From a virus: DNA of 64,000 nucleotides. The stretch lies in IMG/VR virus record IMGVR_UViG_3300025096_002712, positions 1 through 64,000 of that record, one strand, 5' to 3'. The position numbers and the translations under genes were made by a program. Shown piece by piece: positions 27,828 through 36,340 of this stretch. Each line of letters begins with the position of its first letter. Positions within the stretch are counted from its first letter, which is position 1. Under the pieces are notes generated by a model. The model worked only from the letters and a program-made list of their open reading frames with translations. It ran no database searches and had not been told where the DNA came from.

Positions 27828-29093
27828 ATGAAAAAATTATTAATTGGCATACTTTTATCTACTTCTTTATTCGGCCAAGATTTAATATTTAATTTCTTTA
27901 AATATTCTACTGCTTATGCAGGATTCAATTTATCTTCACCTAAATGGGAAGATGATAGGTATAGATTACAAGTAATTGATCCTGAGACAGGATTGGAAAA
28001 TTATTTAAATGGTGAAGTAACCGTAGTAAAAGATGACCGAGAACTTGAACCAGATTTTGATTTATCATTTGGTTTAAGAAAAATCGGTAGATTCCAATAC
28101 GAACCAAAACGAGGTGTTAAGAATGCTGGTGTTGGTGGTGATTGGTATAAAGGTGATGAAACAAGTTTTAATGAAGCAGCAACAATCGGTAGAGTAAGAG
28201 GTTGGGAGTATTTATTAAAGTATTCCACTAATCGTAGATGGGATGAAAAGTTTGTATCTCAAGAATATTTTTTAAGATATCTTGGTGATTGGTTCATTGC
28301 CAAAATAAAATATACTGATTTTGAGATGGAAGATATTAGATATGCTCAAAGTGATCTTAGATTTAGAAAAGAAATTGAACTTGAAGATGCAAGTCTAAAT
28401 ATTTCTATAGGAATTGGAACTCGTAATCATCCAGCATATGGATTCGCACCAACTGTAATTGACTCAGCTTGGTATTCAGGAGCATGGTGGGAATTCGCAC
28501 AAGATGAGTTCGGTGTAGATGACAGAGGATACAGCACTGATATTAATGGAGATGGTGTACCTGATGGAATGTGGGCTATATATGACAACGGAACAGGACA
28601 AGAAATTGGATATGTAGGTCAAGATTGGAGATGGTTTGATGCAAATGGTAATCTAATGGCAATGACCGATAGAGAATTTTATCAATATCATTTTCCAAGA
28701 TTATTAGAAAATTGGTTTGAGGACCAAACCAGATCATTAGGTAATCAAAGAGAAGTATCATTATCTTTAGGATTAGATTATTATAAATACACAGATAATT
28801 TTTGGATACATGCGTGGGGAAGTGTATTTCCATATCATTATGGATTAAATAAATATTCATATCATAATGCAGTTCGTTGGCAACAACACGATGAAGATGG
28901 ATTAGAACCACAAGATTTTGAATTTGAAGGTAAGGGTTTTGGTCAATGGTTTGATTATGATGTTGGAGCAATTATAGGATTTAAGTTACAAGAAAATTTA
29001 GGATTCTACTCAGAGGGTAAATATTTAAATTATTGGGAAAGACCTTCTTATGAATTAAAGGTAGGATTGAATTATCAATTTATAGGAATTTAG
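27828..29093 (+). CDS. Secreted protein, probable outer-membrane beta-barrel
   Basis: Signal peptide MKKLLIGILLSTSLFG, aromatic-rich alternating strands, C-terminal 'YELKVGLNYQF'. Confidence 0.55.
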   Translation: MKKLLIGILLSTSLFGQDLIFNFFKYSTAYAGFNLSSPKWEDDRYRLQVIDPETGLENYLNGEVTVVKDDRELEPDFDLSFGLRKIGRFQYEPKRGVKNAGVGGDWYKGDETSFNEAATIGRVRGWEYLLKYSTNRRWDEKFVSQEYFLRYLGDWFIAKIKYTDFEMEDIRYAQSDLRFRKEIELEDASLNISIGIGTRNHPAYGFAPTVIDSAWYSGAWWEFAQDEFGVDDRGYSTDINGDGVPDGMWAIYDNGTGQEIGYVGQDWRWFDANGNLMAMTDREFYQYHFPRLLENWFEDQTRSLGNQREVSLSLGLDYYKYTDNFWIHAWGSVFPYHYGLNKYSYHNAVRWQQHDEDGLEPQDFEFEGKGFGQWFDYDVGAIIGFKLQENLGFYSEGKYLNYWERPSYELKVGLNYQFIGI

Positions 29094-29104
29094 AAAGGGA
29101 AAAA

Positions 29105-29707
29105 ATGATTAAAAAAGTATTGACATTATTAAGTATTCTACTTATATTCAGTTGTGACGATAGAGTAGAAGAAATTGGTCCAGAAGTAATGAGAATGTGG
29201 ATTGATGGTGAAGAAGTAGATATAGCGGAAAGGTATGAAAGTGTAACTACATATGGTTCACGAGATACTTATTTGGATTCAACTGGTTCAGATGGAACTT
29301 GGATTGTTCAACAAAAAACAAAGAAGATTTTTGTGATACACTTTCAAAGAGAAGATGGTCGGATAGAACTTTTAAATGAACACTATGCACTTATATATGT
29401 TGATTGGGATGCAGCAAACTATACTACAAGTTTAATTAATGAGGGATTTTATAGTAATCCAGCAACAGATGATAGAGAAATTCAGTTACAAATTGTAGGA
29501 CCTTATGATTATACAATAGGTGCACAAGGTTCTATTACAGAGGTTAAAATGATTTCATCTGGACAATATGCAAGTGGTAGAGTAGAGGGAAGTTTTTACA
29601 ATCCATTTATTGATGCAGAAATGGAAGGTGTATTTGAATTTGAAAATGTATTTATATCAACAGACGAAGAAAACACAGTTTATACTGATATTTCTCGTGA
29701 TGGATAA
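29105..29707 (+). CDS. Lipoprotein
   Basis: Lipobox-like MIKKVLTLLSILLIFS|CDD. Confidence 0.7.
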   Translation: MIKKVLTLLSILLIFSCDDRVEEIGPEVMRMWIDGEEVDIAERYESVTTYGSRDTYLDSTGSDGTWIVQQKTKKIFVIHFQREDGRIELLNEHYALIYVDWDAANYTTSLINEGFYSNPATDDREIQLQIVGPYDYTIGAQGSITEVKMISSGQYASGRVEGSFYNPFIDAEMEGVFEFENVFISTDEENTVYTDISRDG

Positions 29708-29714
29708 GTAGAAA

Positions 29715-30044
29715 ATGATTCCAGGAATAACAGAGTATTTAGTTACAGCGGTATTATTTTTTAATGTCGGACATAAAATAGGATATTGGCAACATTCATC
29801 AGAACATCACAAAAAATTTACAAAACAAATAATTATAGATGATTCTACAAAAGTTGTTAATATTTATGTAGACAACAATGGAAAGTATTGGTCAGATCCA
29901 CATTTTCGTATGGGATATAGTTGGGAGTATGGACTGAACGGTACAAGAGTAATTGTTTTTCATAAAGGTGGTAAAAAGTGGAAAAAGAAATATAATCATA
30001 GGAGATGGAAGAAACATCTCAGAAAGAAAAGATATTGGAGATAA
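29715..30044 (+). CDS. Hypothetical membrane-anchored protein with a Lys/Arg/Trp-rich C-terminus
   Basis: Hydrophobic N-terminus; C-terminal KKWKKKYNHRRWKKHLRKKRYWR. Confidence 0.55.
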   Translation: MIPGITEYLVTAVLFFNVGHKIGYWQHSSEHHKKFTKQIIIDDSTKVVNIYVDNNGKYWSDPHFRMGYSWEYGLNGTRVIVFHKGGKKWKKKYNHRRWKKHLRKKRYWR

Positions 30045-30047
30045 GTA

Positions 30048-30623
30048 GTGGCAGACAATGGACAAAGGTTAGGACAGATATTATGCGACGCCGACATAAT
30101 AACTAAGAGACAGCTAGCTAAAGCAGTCCAGAAACAGGTGCAGGGGGACAAACGGAGATTAGGAGAGATTCTAATTGAGATGGGTTTTGTCACCGTAGAA
30201 GATTTAACAGATGCGATGTTAGATACACATCACGAAGAAAAAGTTGTAGAGGAGAAAGTAGTGAGCCAACCAAAAGAATTAAGTGAAGAGGCAGTATTAA
30301 ATACTAAGTTCACTTTATCAGTACAGACAATGATAGGAGCAGCAACAGGAATTGCGTCTTTAGTTGGTATGTGGTATATGTTACAGGCAGATATACAAGA
30401 AGCAAAAGAACTTCCAAGTCTGGAAACTTTATACTCAAATGAATATCCATCAAGACCAGAGGGTTACAACTGGCCAAGGTCTTATGAACAATATAAAGAT
30501 CAAGTGGGTTCACTTCAAGAAGATATGGATGATGTTTTTGGACAGATAGAAGAACTTGAAGAAACTATTAAAGAACTTGAAAAAGAAATAAAATCACTTG
30601 AACGAAGGAAGAGGGATAAATAG
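30048..30623 (+). CDS. MshEN (c-di-GMP-binding-like) domain fused to a TM helix and coiled coil
   Basis: Tandem 24-aa motifs RLGQILCDADIITKRQLAKAVQKQ and RLGEILIEMGFVTVEDLTDAMLDT, then TM (TMIGAATGIASLVGMWYML) and a C-terminal heptad coil. Confidence 0.7.
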   Translation: MADNGQRLGQILCDADIITKRQLAKAVQKQVQGDKRRLGEILIEMGFVTVEDLTDAMLDTHHEEKVVEEKVVSQPKELSEEAVLNTKFTLSVQTMIGAATGIASLVGMWYMLQADIQEAKELPSLETLYSNEYPSRPEGYNWPRSYEQYKDQVGSLQEDMDDVFGQIEELEETIKELEKEIKSLERRKRDK

Positions 30624-30625
30624 TT

Positions 30626-31030
30626 ATGAATAATAAAACATTAAGATACTTTCTTATAGGATTTGTTTCGGCATTTCTTATAGTATCAAATTTAAATGGT
30701 CAAGATGTTACAGATAAAAACTTTAAGTCAAAAGTAGCAAAAGGATTTGTACTTGTTAAATTTAAGGCAGATTACCAATATGCAAATCTCGATCCTAAGT
30801 TATTGGATGGTGTAAAAGGACACGAGGGATGTGTTATTATTTCAGTAAATCGTGATGATGTTAAGAAAGTAGTGAAGAAACTTAGAATACGAAACTATCC
30901 ATCTTTAGCATTATTCCATAATGGTGATAAGAAGAAAGTTTGGAAGGCAGATATGGACGGTGAAGTAGATATAACTACTGATGATATAAAATCTGAAATA
31001 GAAGATGCGATGGCAGGTGATGTATTCTAA
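30626..31030 (+). CDS. Exported thioredoxin-fold protein lacking CxxC
   Basis: Signal peptide; 'VTDKNFKSKVAKGFVLVKFKADY' and 'LRIRNYPSLALFHNG' match the Trx scaffold, but WCxxC is absent. Confidence 0.65.
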   Translation: MNNKTLRYFLIGFVSAFLIVSNLNGQDVTDKNFKSKVAKGFVLVKFKADYQYANLDPKLLDGVKGHEGCVIISVNRDDVKKVVKKLRIRNYPSLALFHNGDKKKVWKADMDGEVDITTDDIKSEIEDAMAGDVF

Positions 31031-31422
31031 TGATAAAACTCAAATCATTACTTGTAGAAAGAATTGATTATGAAGATACTGCTCGTATGTTGGTCAAACA
31101 CTATAAACTTCGTTCCAAAGTAAAATTTGGTAGAGTAAAAGGAAGTAATGAGGCAGACTACGATTGGGTTAAAGATGTTATAAATCTAAAACGAAACTAT
31201 CCAAGTGTCAAGGAATTCATTGTTTCAGTATTACATGAAATAGACCACGCTAAGATGAGATATAAGATGGGATGGAAAAAATACGAACACGAATATATAC
31301 AAGCAGGAGAAGAAGCCGAACAAAAAGGTGGTGATTTCCACGATGACAATAAATACGAAGAACAAGCAGAACAATGGGCACAAGACGAATATCGAAGAAA
31401 ATGGAAGCGAAAATTTAAGTAA
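31030..31422 (+). CDS. Small zincin-like (HExxH) metalloprotein
   Basis: 'VLHEIDHA' and a downstream 'YEEQAEQWA' third-ligand motif. Confidence 0.6.
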   Translation: MIKLKSLLVERIDYEDTARMLVKHYKLRSKVKFGRVKGSNEADYDWVKDVINLKRNYPSVKEFIVSVLHEIDHAKMRYKMGWKKYEHEYIQAGEEAEQKGGDFHDDNKYEEQAEQWAQDEYRRKWKRKFK

Positions 31423-31455
31423 TTTCAGAAATTAGGGTTATATTTATTTAAGGTT

Positions 31456-31800
31456 ATGAAAACACGCTCAGCAAAGGCCAAAGGTCGAAGATTACAAAAC
31501 AAAATACGAGATTTACTTCTCGAAGAATTCAAAGAATTAGAACCAGACGATATCCGTACAGCTATTATGGGAGAAACTGGTGAAGATATAAAACTCTCAC
31601 CTGCTGCACGGAGAAAAATACCTTATTCGTTTGAGTGTAAAAATCAAGAAAAATTAAACATTTGGGAATCATTAAAACAAGCTGAAGAAAATAGTGGTGA
31701 TTACCCGCCCATTTTGATATTTAAAAGAAACAGAAGTAAAACTTATGTTACTTTAGAATTAGAGGATTTTTTAAAATTAATAAATGATAGATCAGACTAA
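31456..31800 (+). CDS. PD-(D/E)xK nuclease, Holliday-junction-resolvase-like
   Basis: 'KAKGRRLQ', 'GEDI', 'SFECKNQE' and 'PILIFKRNR' motifs. Confidence 0.7.
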   Translation: MKTRSAKAKGRRLQNKIRDLLLEEFKELEPDDIRTAIMGETGEDIKLSPAARRKIPYSFECKNQEKLNIWESLKQAEENSGDYPPILIFKRNRSKTYVTLELEDFLKLINDRSD

Positions 31801-32737
31801 ATTAGCACATCTTATAGATAGAACCATTGGTTCAAAAGGACAGAAACTCAAAAAACAAAATGAGTATATGTATTGGAGTCCATTTGTTTCACATCACAAA
31901 CCTAAACTACAAATCAATATAGTTACTGGTAAATGGCATTGTTGGGTTTCCAATATGGGTGGTCATAATCTGTTTCAGTTATTTAAGAAAGTAAATGCCA
32001 CGAGGGAACAATTTAGTGAACTTGGAACTATCGTAGGTGACAAACCATACAGAAAACGAACTGATGATAGTGAAAAGAAAAATGTACAAGTAGAATTACC
32101 CAAAGAGTTTCTATCGTTAGCATATAAACATCCATCTCCAGTATATAAAAATGCAATGATGTATTTACATAAGAGAGGAATAACACACGAAGATGTTTTA
32201 AAGTATGGAATTGGTTATTGTGATGAGGGGTTATATACAAATAGAATTATTATTCCGTCTTATGATGAAGATGGACAATTAAACTTTTTTGTAGGACGAG
32301 ATATTTTTGAGAGTAAGATGAAATACAGAAACTCACCTACGCAAAAAGACATAATAGGATTTGATTTATTCATTAATTGGGATGAACCTATCGTGTTATG
32401 TGAGGGTCCATTTGATGCAATTGCTATTAAAAGAAATGCCATTCCATTGTTTGGAAAAAGTATTTTACCAAAATTAAGAAAAAAAATTATCGAAAAACGA
32501 GTTAAACAGATATATATATCTTTAGATAGTGACGCTATTGGTGATTCTATTAAAATGGTAGAAGATTTTATGAATCATAATATAGATGTCTACTTTGTTA
32601 AATTAACAGAAAAGGATCCGTCAGATTTGGGATTTGAAAAAGTTACGGAACTTCTAAAAGAAACGAACAAGATGAAGTTTTCAGATTTGATGAGATATAA
32701 GCTTAATGGCAAATCAAAAAGATATATGGAAATTTAA
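31784..32737 (+). CDS. DnaG-type DNA primase
   Basis: 'YLHKRGI', 'NRIIIP', 'FFVGR', 'KYRNSP', TOPRIM 'LCEGPFDAIA' and 'LDSDA', 'KDPSD'. Confidence 0.85.
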   Translation: MIDQTKLAHLIDRTIGSKGQKLKKQNEYMYWSPFVSHHKPKLQINIVTGKWHCWVSNMGGHNLFQLFKKVNATREQFSELGTIVGDKPYRKRTDDSEKKNVQVELPKEFLSLAYKHPSPVYKNAMMYLHKRGITHEDVLKYGIGYCDEGLYTNRIIIPSYDEDGQLNFFVGRDIFESKMKYRNSPTQKDIIGFDLFINWDEPIVLCEGPFDAIAIKRNAIPLFGKSILPKLRKKIIEKRVKQIYISLDSDAIGDSIKMVEDFMNHNIDVYFVKLTEKDPSDLGFEKVTELLKETNKMKFSDLMRYKLNGKSKRYMEI

Positions 32738-32927
32738 TGATAATGAATGGAAGATTCATATCACGAGTGAATCGTTAAAAGATAATTTGCAAAAAAAGTT
32801 TAATCTTGAGAAATCAGGTACTATTTATTATGAGACTGGTAACTTCCAAGAGGAAACTTCATGGGATATCATAGTTCCAAACAATTTAATTAACAAAGTG
32901 AAGAAATACATCAAGGAAAATAGTTGA
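32706..32927 (+). CDS. Hypothetical protein
   Basis: 73-aa ORF filling the gap between the primase and the SbcCD fusion. Confidence 0.55.
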   Translation: MANQKDIWKFNDNEWKIHITSESLKDNLQKKFNLEKSGTIYYETGNFQEETSWDIIVPNNLINKVKKYIKENS

Positions 32928-35900
32928 CAAAAAATGTTGTAAAAGTTCCATTTCGTAAACTAAAACACATTCACCACATATCTGATATACAAATCAGAAA
33001 TCTTAAACGACATAGAGAATATGAAGAAGTCTTTATGCGTTTATACGAAAAGGTCAAAGAAAATAAAGACAATGCAGTAGCTTATATTGGTGGTGATATA
33101 GCTCACTCTAAAACTGAAATGTCACCTGAATTGGTTGACCAGTTGTCAAGGTTATTTAAGAATCTATCTGATATATGTCCTACAATTATTATTGCAGGTA
33201 ATCATGATTGTAATCTAAACAATCGTTCTCGGATGGATTGTCTTTCCCCAATAGTAGATAATTTAAAACATCCAAACTTACATTATCTGAAGGATACTGG
33301 CGTATATAAATGTGCTGATGTATCTTTTGTGGTGTGGGATGTTTGGGATACTAAGAAAGATTATATTAAAGCGAAAGATGTAGAGGGTGATACAAAAATA
33401 GTTTTATTTCACGGAACGGTAGATAGATGTGAAACTGATTTAGGATTTAGATTACCTTCAGATGTGAAGATTACCCAATTCAAAGGTTATGATATGGGAT
33501 TGTTGGGTGATATTCATAAAAGACAACACTTGAATAAAGAAGAAACTATTTCTTACTGTGGTTCGTTAGTTCAACAGAATCACGGAGAAGGATTAGACCA
33601 CGGCTATTTACTATGGGATGTTCCAAAACGAAAATCTACTTATATTCCTGTTCATAATGATTATGGATATTACACAATGGATGTTGATAATGGTAAAGTT
33701 CCTGAAGTAGATGATATGCCACAAAAGGCCAGGTTAAGGGTAAGGGTATCCAATACCGACTCAGTTCAATTAAAGAAGGCGTTGAGTGTAATACAGACCA
33801 AATATGGTATAAAGGAGATAGCTGTTAATCGTACAGACAGATTGACAGAGAGAGTTCGTGATGGTCAATTGGTAGATGTTGGTGATGTTATGAATCCAGA
33901 ATATCAATATGAGTTGATTGAGGATTATTTAGGTAGGAATCATATTGTAGATGATAAAACATTATTAAAAATAAAAGAGTTAAATGATGATTTGAATGGT
34001 AATTTACCTGCAGAAGAAATATCTCGTAATGTATTTTGGAAACTCAAACGATTTGATTGGTCTAATATGTTCAGTTATGGAGAAGATAATATTGTAGACT
34101 TTACAAAACTGAATGGTATTATTGGAATGTTTGCACCAAACGCAAGTGGTAAATCAGCACTATTAGATTCCCTTTCATTCTGTTTATTTGATACATCAGC
34201 AAGAGCATTTAAAGCAGACAGAGTATTAAATAATAAGAAGAATAGTTTTAGTTGTAAGATTAATTTTGAGATAAACGAAACAGATTATTATATTGAGAGA
34301 AAAGGTAAGAAGTTACGAAATGGTCATGTAAAGGTAAATGTAGATTTTTGGATGATTGATGATAACAATGATAAAGTTTCATTAAATGGTGACCAACGAA
34401 GAACCACTAACGCAAACATTCGTAGAGTAATTGGTTCTTACGAGGATTTTGTTTTAACGGCACTATCCCTACAAAACAATTCTACGGTATTCATAGACAA
34501 GACACAAAAAGAAAGAAAAGACTTGTTAGCCCAATTTATGGGAATGGGAGTCTTTGACCAACTTTATACAGCAGCAAATGAAAATGTATCTGATATATCT
34601 GCAATATTAAGAGATTTCAATAAAACGGATTATGATACAGACCTTGCAGAAATAGAGAAGAGTGATACACAATATAAGGTAGTTCAAAAAGACTTACGAA
34701 GTCAGAAGAAAACTTTGACCAATAGACAGAAAGAATTATCAGACCAAGTATTTGGTTTAACTAAAAAGTTACGACCTGTTGATGAATCTATTATGGATAT
34801 AGAAAAGTTAGAAGATGACAAGATAGAAGCGGAAATACAACTTGATTCCATAGACACACGATTAGGTGCAGTAGTAGCGACAACAGAAGAAAACAAGTCA
34901 AAGATTAGTGAACTTAAACACAGAATACAAGAGTATTCTGATAGTAATGTTAATGATAAATACCACGAACTTTCTGAATTGGAAGATAGGGAAAGAGAGA
35001 TAAGAGTTGAAATTGATAAACTTAAAATAGAAGTTCGTAATAAATTAGATAAGATTGATAAACTTGGTAATCTAACTTGGAATGACGATTGTGATGATTG
35101 TATGACTAATCCATTCACACTTGACGCAATGGAAACAAAAGAGAAACTAAATGAAGATAAAGTTCGTACAGAAAAGGTATTGTCAAAGTTAGCTGAAATA
35201 GAAGAAAAGATTGAACATATGGGTGATGTTCATAGTGAAAAAGTTGATTTTGATAGGTCTATTGAAACTTTAAAAAATGTAGAGATAAATCAAAACAAGT
35301 TAGAATCAGAAGAAGTTTTATTATCAGAGAGAAAGAAAAATACATTATCTCAAGTTTCGCTTCAAGAGGAAAAAATAGAAAAATATCACGAAAGTAAAAA
35401 TGATATTGTTTATAATAAACAGATAGAAGAAGAAATAGAAAGTTTAAGAAATTCGGTAGATGATTTAGATTATCAAGTTGATACAATAGATAAAAAGATT
35501 CAAACTATTCATGGAGAGATTCAAATCAATAGAACTAATAAGAAGAATATTATAGAAACTATGAATAAGGTTGAGAACTTAGAAACCGAATATGAAGCAT
35601 ACAATTTTTATATGGACGCCGTCAAACGAGATGGTATTCCATATGAACTTATAGAAAAGGCCTTACCTACGATTGAGGGTGAGGTTAATGATATTCTTGC
35701 ACAAATGGTAGATTTTGGTATTGTGTTAGAAATGGATGGTAAGAATATCAATACATATTTAGCTTATGATGACGATAATGTGTGGCCATTAGAATTGTCA
35801 AGTGGTATGGAACGATTTATATCAAGTCTTGCAATGAGAGTTGGTTTAATAAATGTTTGTAATTTACCACGAGCTAACTTCTTAGCCATAGATGAGGGAT

Positions 35901-36085
35901 TTGGTAATATGGATTCAGATAACCTTAATTCTGTTTATATGTTATTTCAATATCTTAAATCTCAATTCCAATTCGCATTTATTGTATCTCATATAGAATC
36001 TATGAGAGATACGGTGGATTCTTTACTTGAGATAACCAAAGTAAATGGTTTTAGTGAATTAAAATTACCTTCTAAATTTAATTAG
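32924..36085 (+). CDS. Fused SbcD/Mre11 nuclease-SbcC/Rad50 ATPase (gp47-gp46-like fusion)
   Basis: Metallophosphoesterase motifs (SDIQ, GGD, AGNHD, FHG, GDIH), Walker A APNASGKS, coiled coil with CDDC zinc hook, signature LSSGME, Walker B AIDEGFG, VSH. Confidence 0.9.
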   Translation: MTKNVVKVPFRKLKHIHHISDIQIRNLKRHREYEEVFMRLYEKVKENKDNAVAYIGGDIAHSKTEMSPELVDQLSRLFKNLSDICPTIIIAGNHDCNLNNRSRMDCLSPIVDNLKHPNLHYLKDTGVYKCADVSFVVWDVWDTKKDYIKAKDVEGDTKIVLFHGTVDRCETDLGFRLPSDVKITQFKGYDMGLLGDIHKRQHLNKEETISYCGSLVQQNHGEGLDHGYLLWDVPKRKSTYIPVHNDYGYYTMDVDNGKVPEVDDMPQKARLRVRVSNTDSVQLKKALSVIQTKYGIKEIAVNRTDRLTERVRDGQLVDVGDVMNPEYQYELIEDYLGRNHIVDDKTLLKIKELNDDLNGNLPAEEISRNVFWKLKRFDWSNMFSYGEDNIVDFTKLNGIIGMFAPNASGKSALLDSLSFCLFDTSARAFKADRVLNNKKNSFSCKINFEINETDYYIERKGKKLRNGHVKVNVDFWMIDDNNDKVSLNGDQRRTTNANIRRVIGSYEDFVLTALSLQNNSTVFIDKTQKERKDLLAQFMGMGVFDQLYTAANENVSDISAILRDFNKTDYDTDLAEIEKSDTQYKVVQKDLRSQKKTLTNRQKELSDQVFGLTKKLRPVDESIMDIEKLEDDKIEAEIQLDSIDTRLGAVVATTEENKSKISELKHRIQEYSDSNVNDKYHELSELEDREREIRVEIDKLKIEVRNKLDKIDKLGNLTWNDDCDDCMTNPFTLDAMETKEKLNEDKVRTEKVLSKLAEIEEKIEHMGDVHSEKVDFDRSIETLKNVEINQNKLESEEVLLSERKKNTLSQVSLQEEKIEKYHESKNDIVYNKQIEEEIESLRNSVDDLDYQVDTIDKKIQTIHGEIQINRTNKKNIIETMNKVENLETEYEAYNFYMDAVKRDGIPYELIEKALPTIEGEVNDILAQMVDFGIVLEMDGKNINTYLAYDDDNVWPLELSSGMERFISSLAMRVGLINVCNLPRANFLAIDEGFGNMDSDNLNSVYMLFQYLKSQFQFAFIVSHIESMRDTVDSLLEITKVNGFSELKLPSKFN

Positions 36086-36248
36086 AATGTAAAATATTCT
36101 TTGGAGCGGGACGTCCTTCCCGTTCTCTTTTCAAACTTAAAATATGTTGATTAAGTACACCACTCATAGTTGTGCTTTCTTCCCTAACATAGAGCCTAAA
36201 CCAATCCATCAGTCTATCTTCTATTGTGAACGAATATTTCTTCTTCAT
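36078..36248 (-). CDS. Ribbon-helix-helix DNA-binding protein (56 aa, not in the ORF track)
   Basis: Manual translation gives MKKKYSFTIEDRLMDWFRLYVREESTTMSGVLNQHILSLKREREGRPAPKNILHSN*: an alternating beta-strand followed by two helices. A TATTTAT motif lies 30 nt upstream on the minus strand. Confidence 0.7.
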   Translation of the reverse strand: MKKKYSFTIEDRLMDWFRLYVREESTTMSGVLNQHILSLKREREGRPAPKNILHSN

Positions 36249-36340
36249 ACCGATAATATCCTTATTTTATACATACAATAAATAGTAAGAATTACCAAAT
36301 ATGATATTTATAATTGAATAAATCTATTCGGAGATAATTT

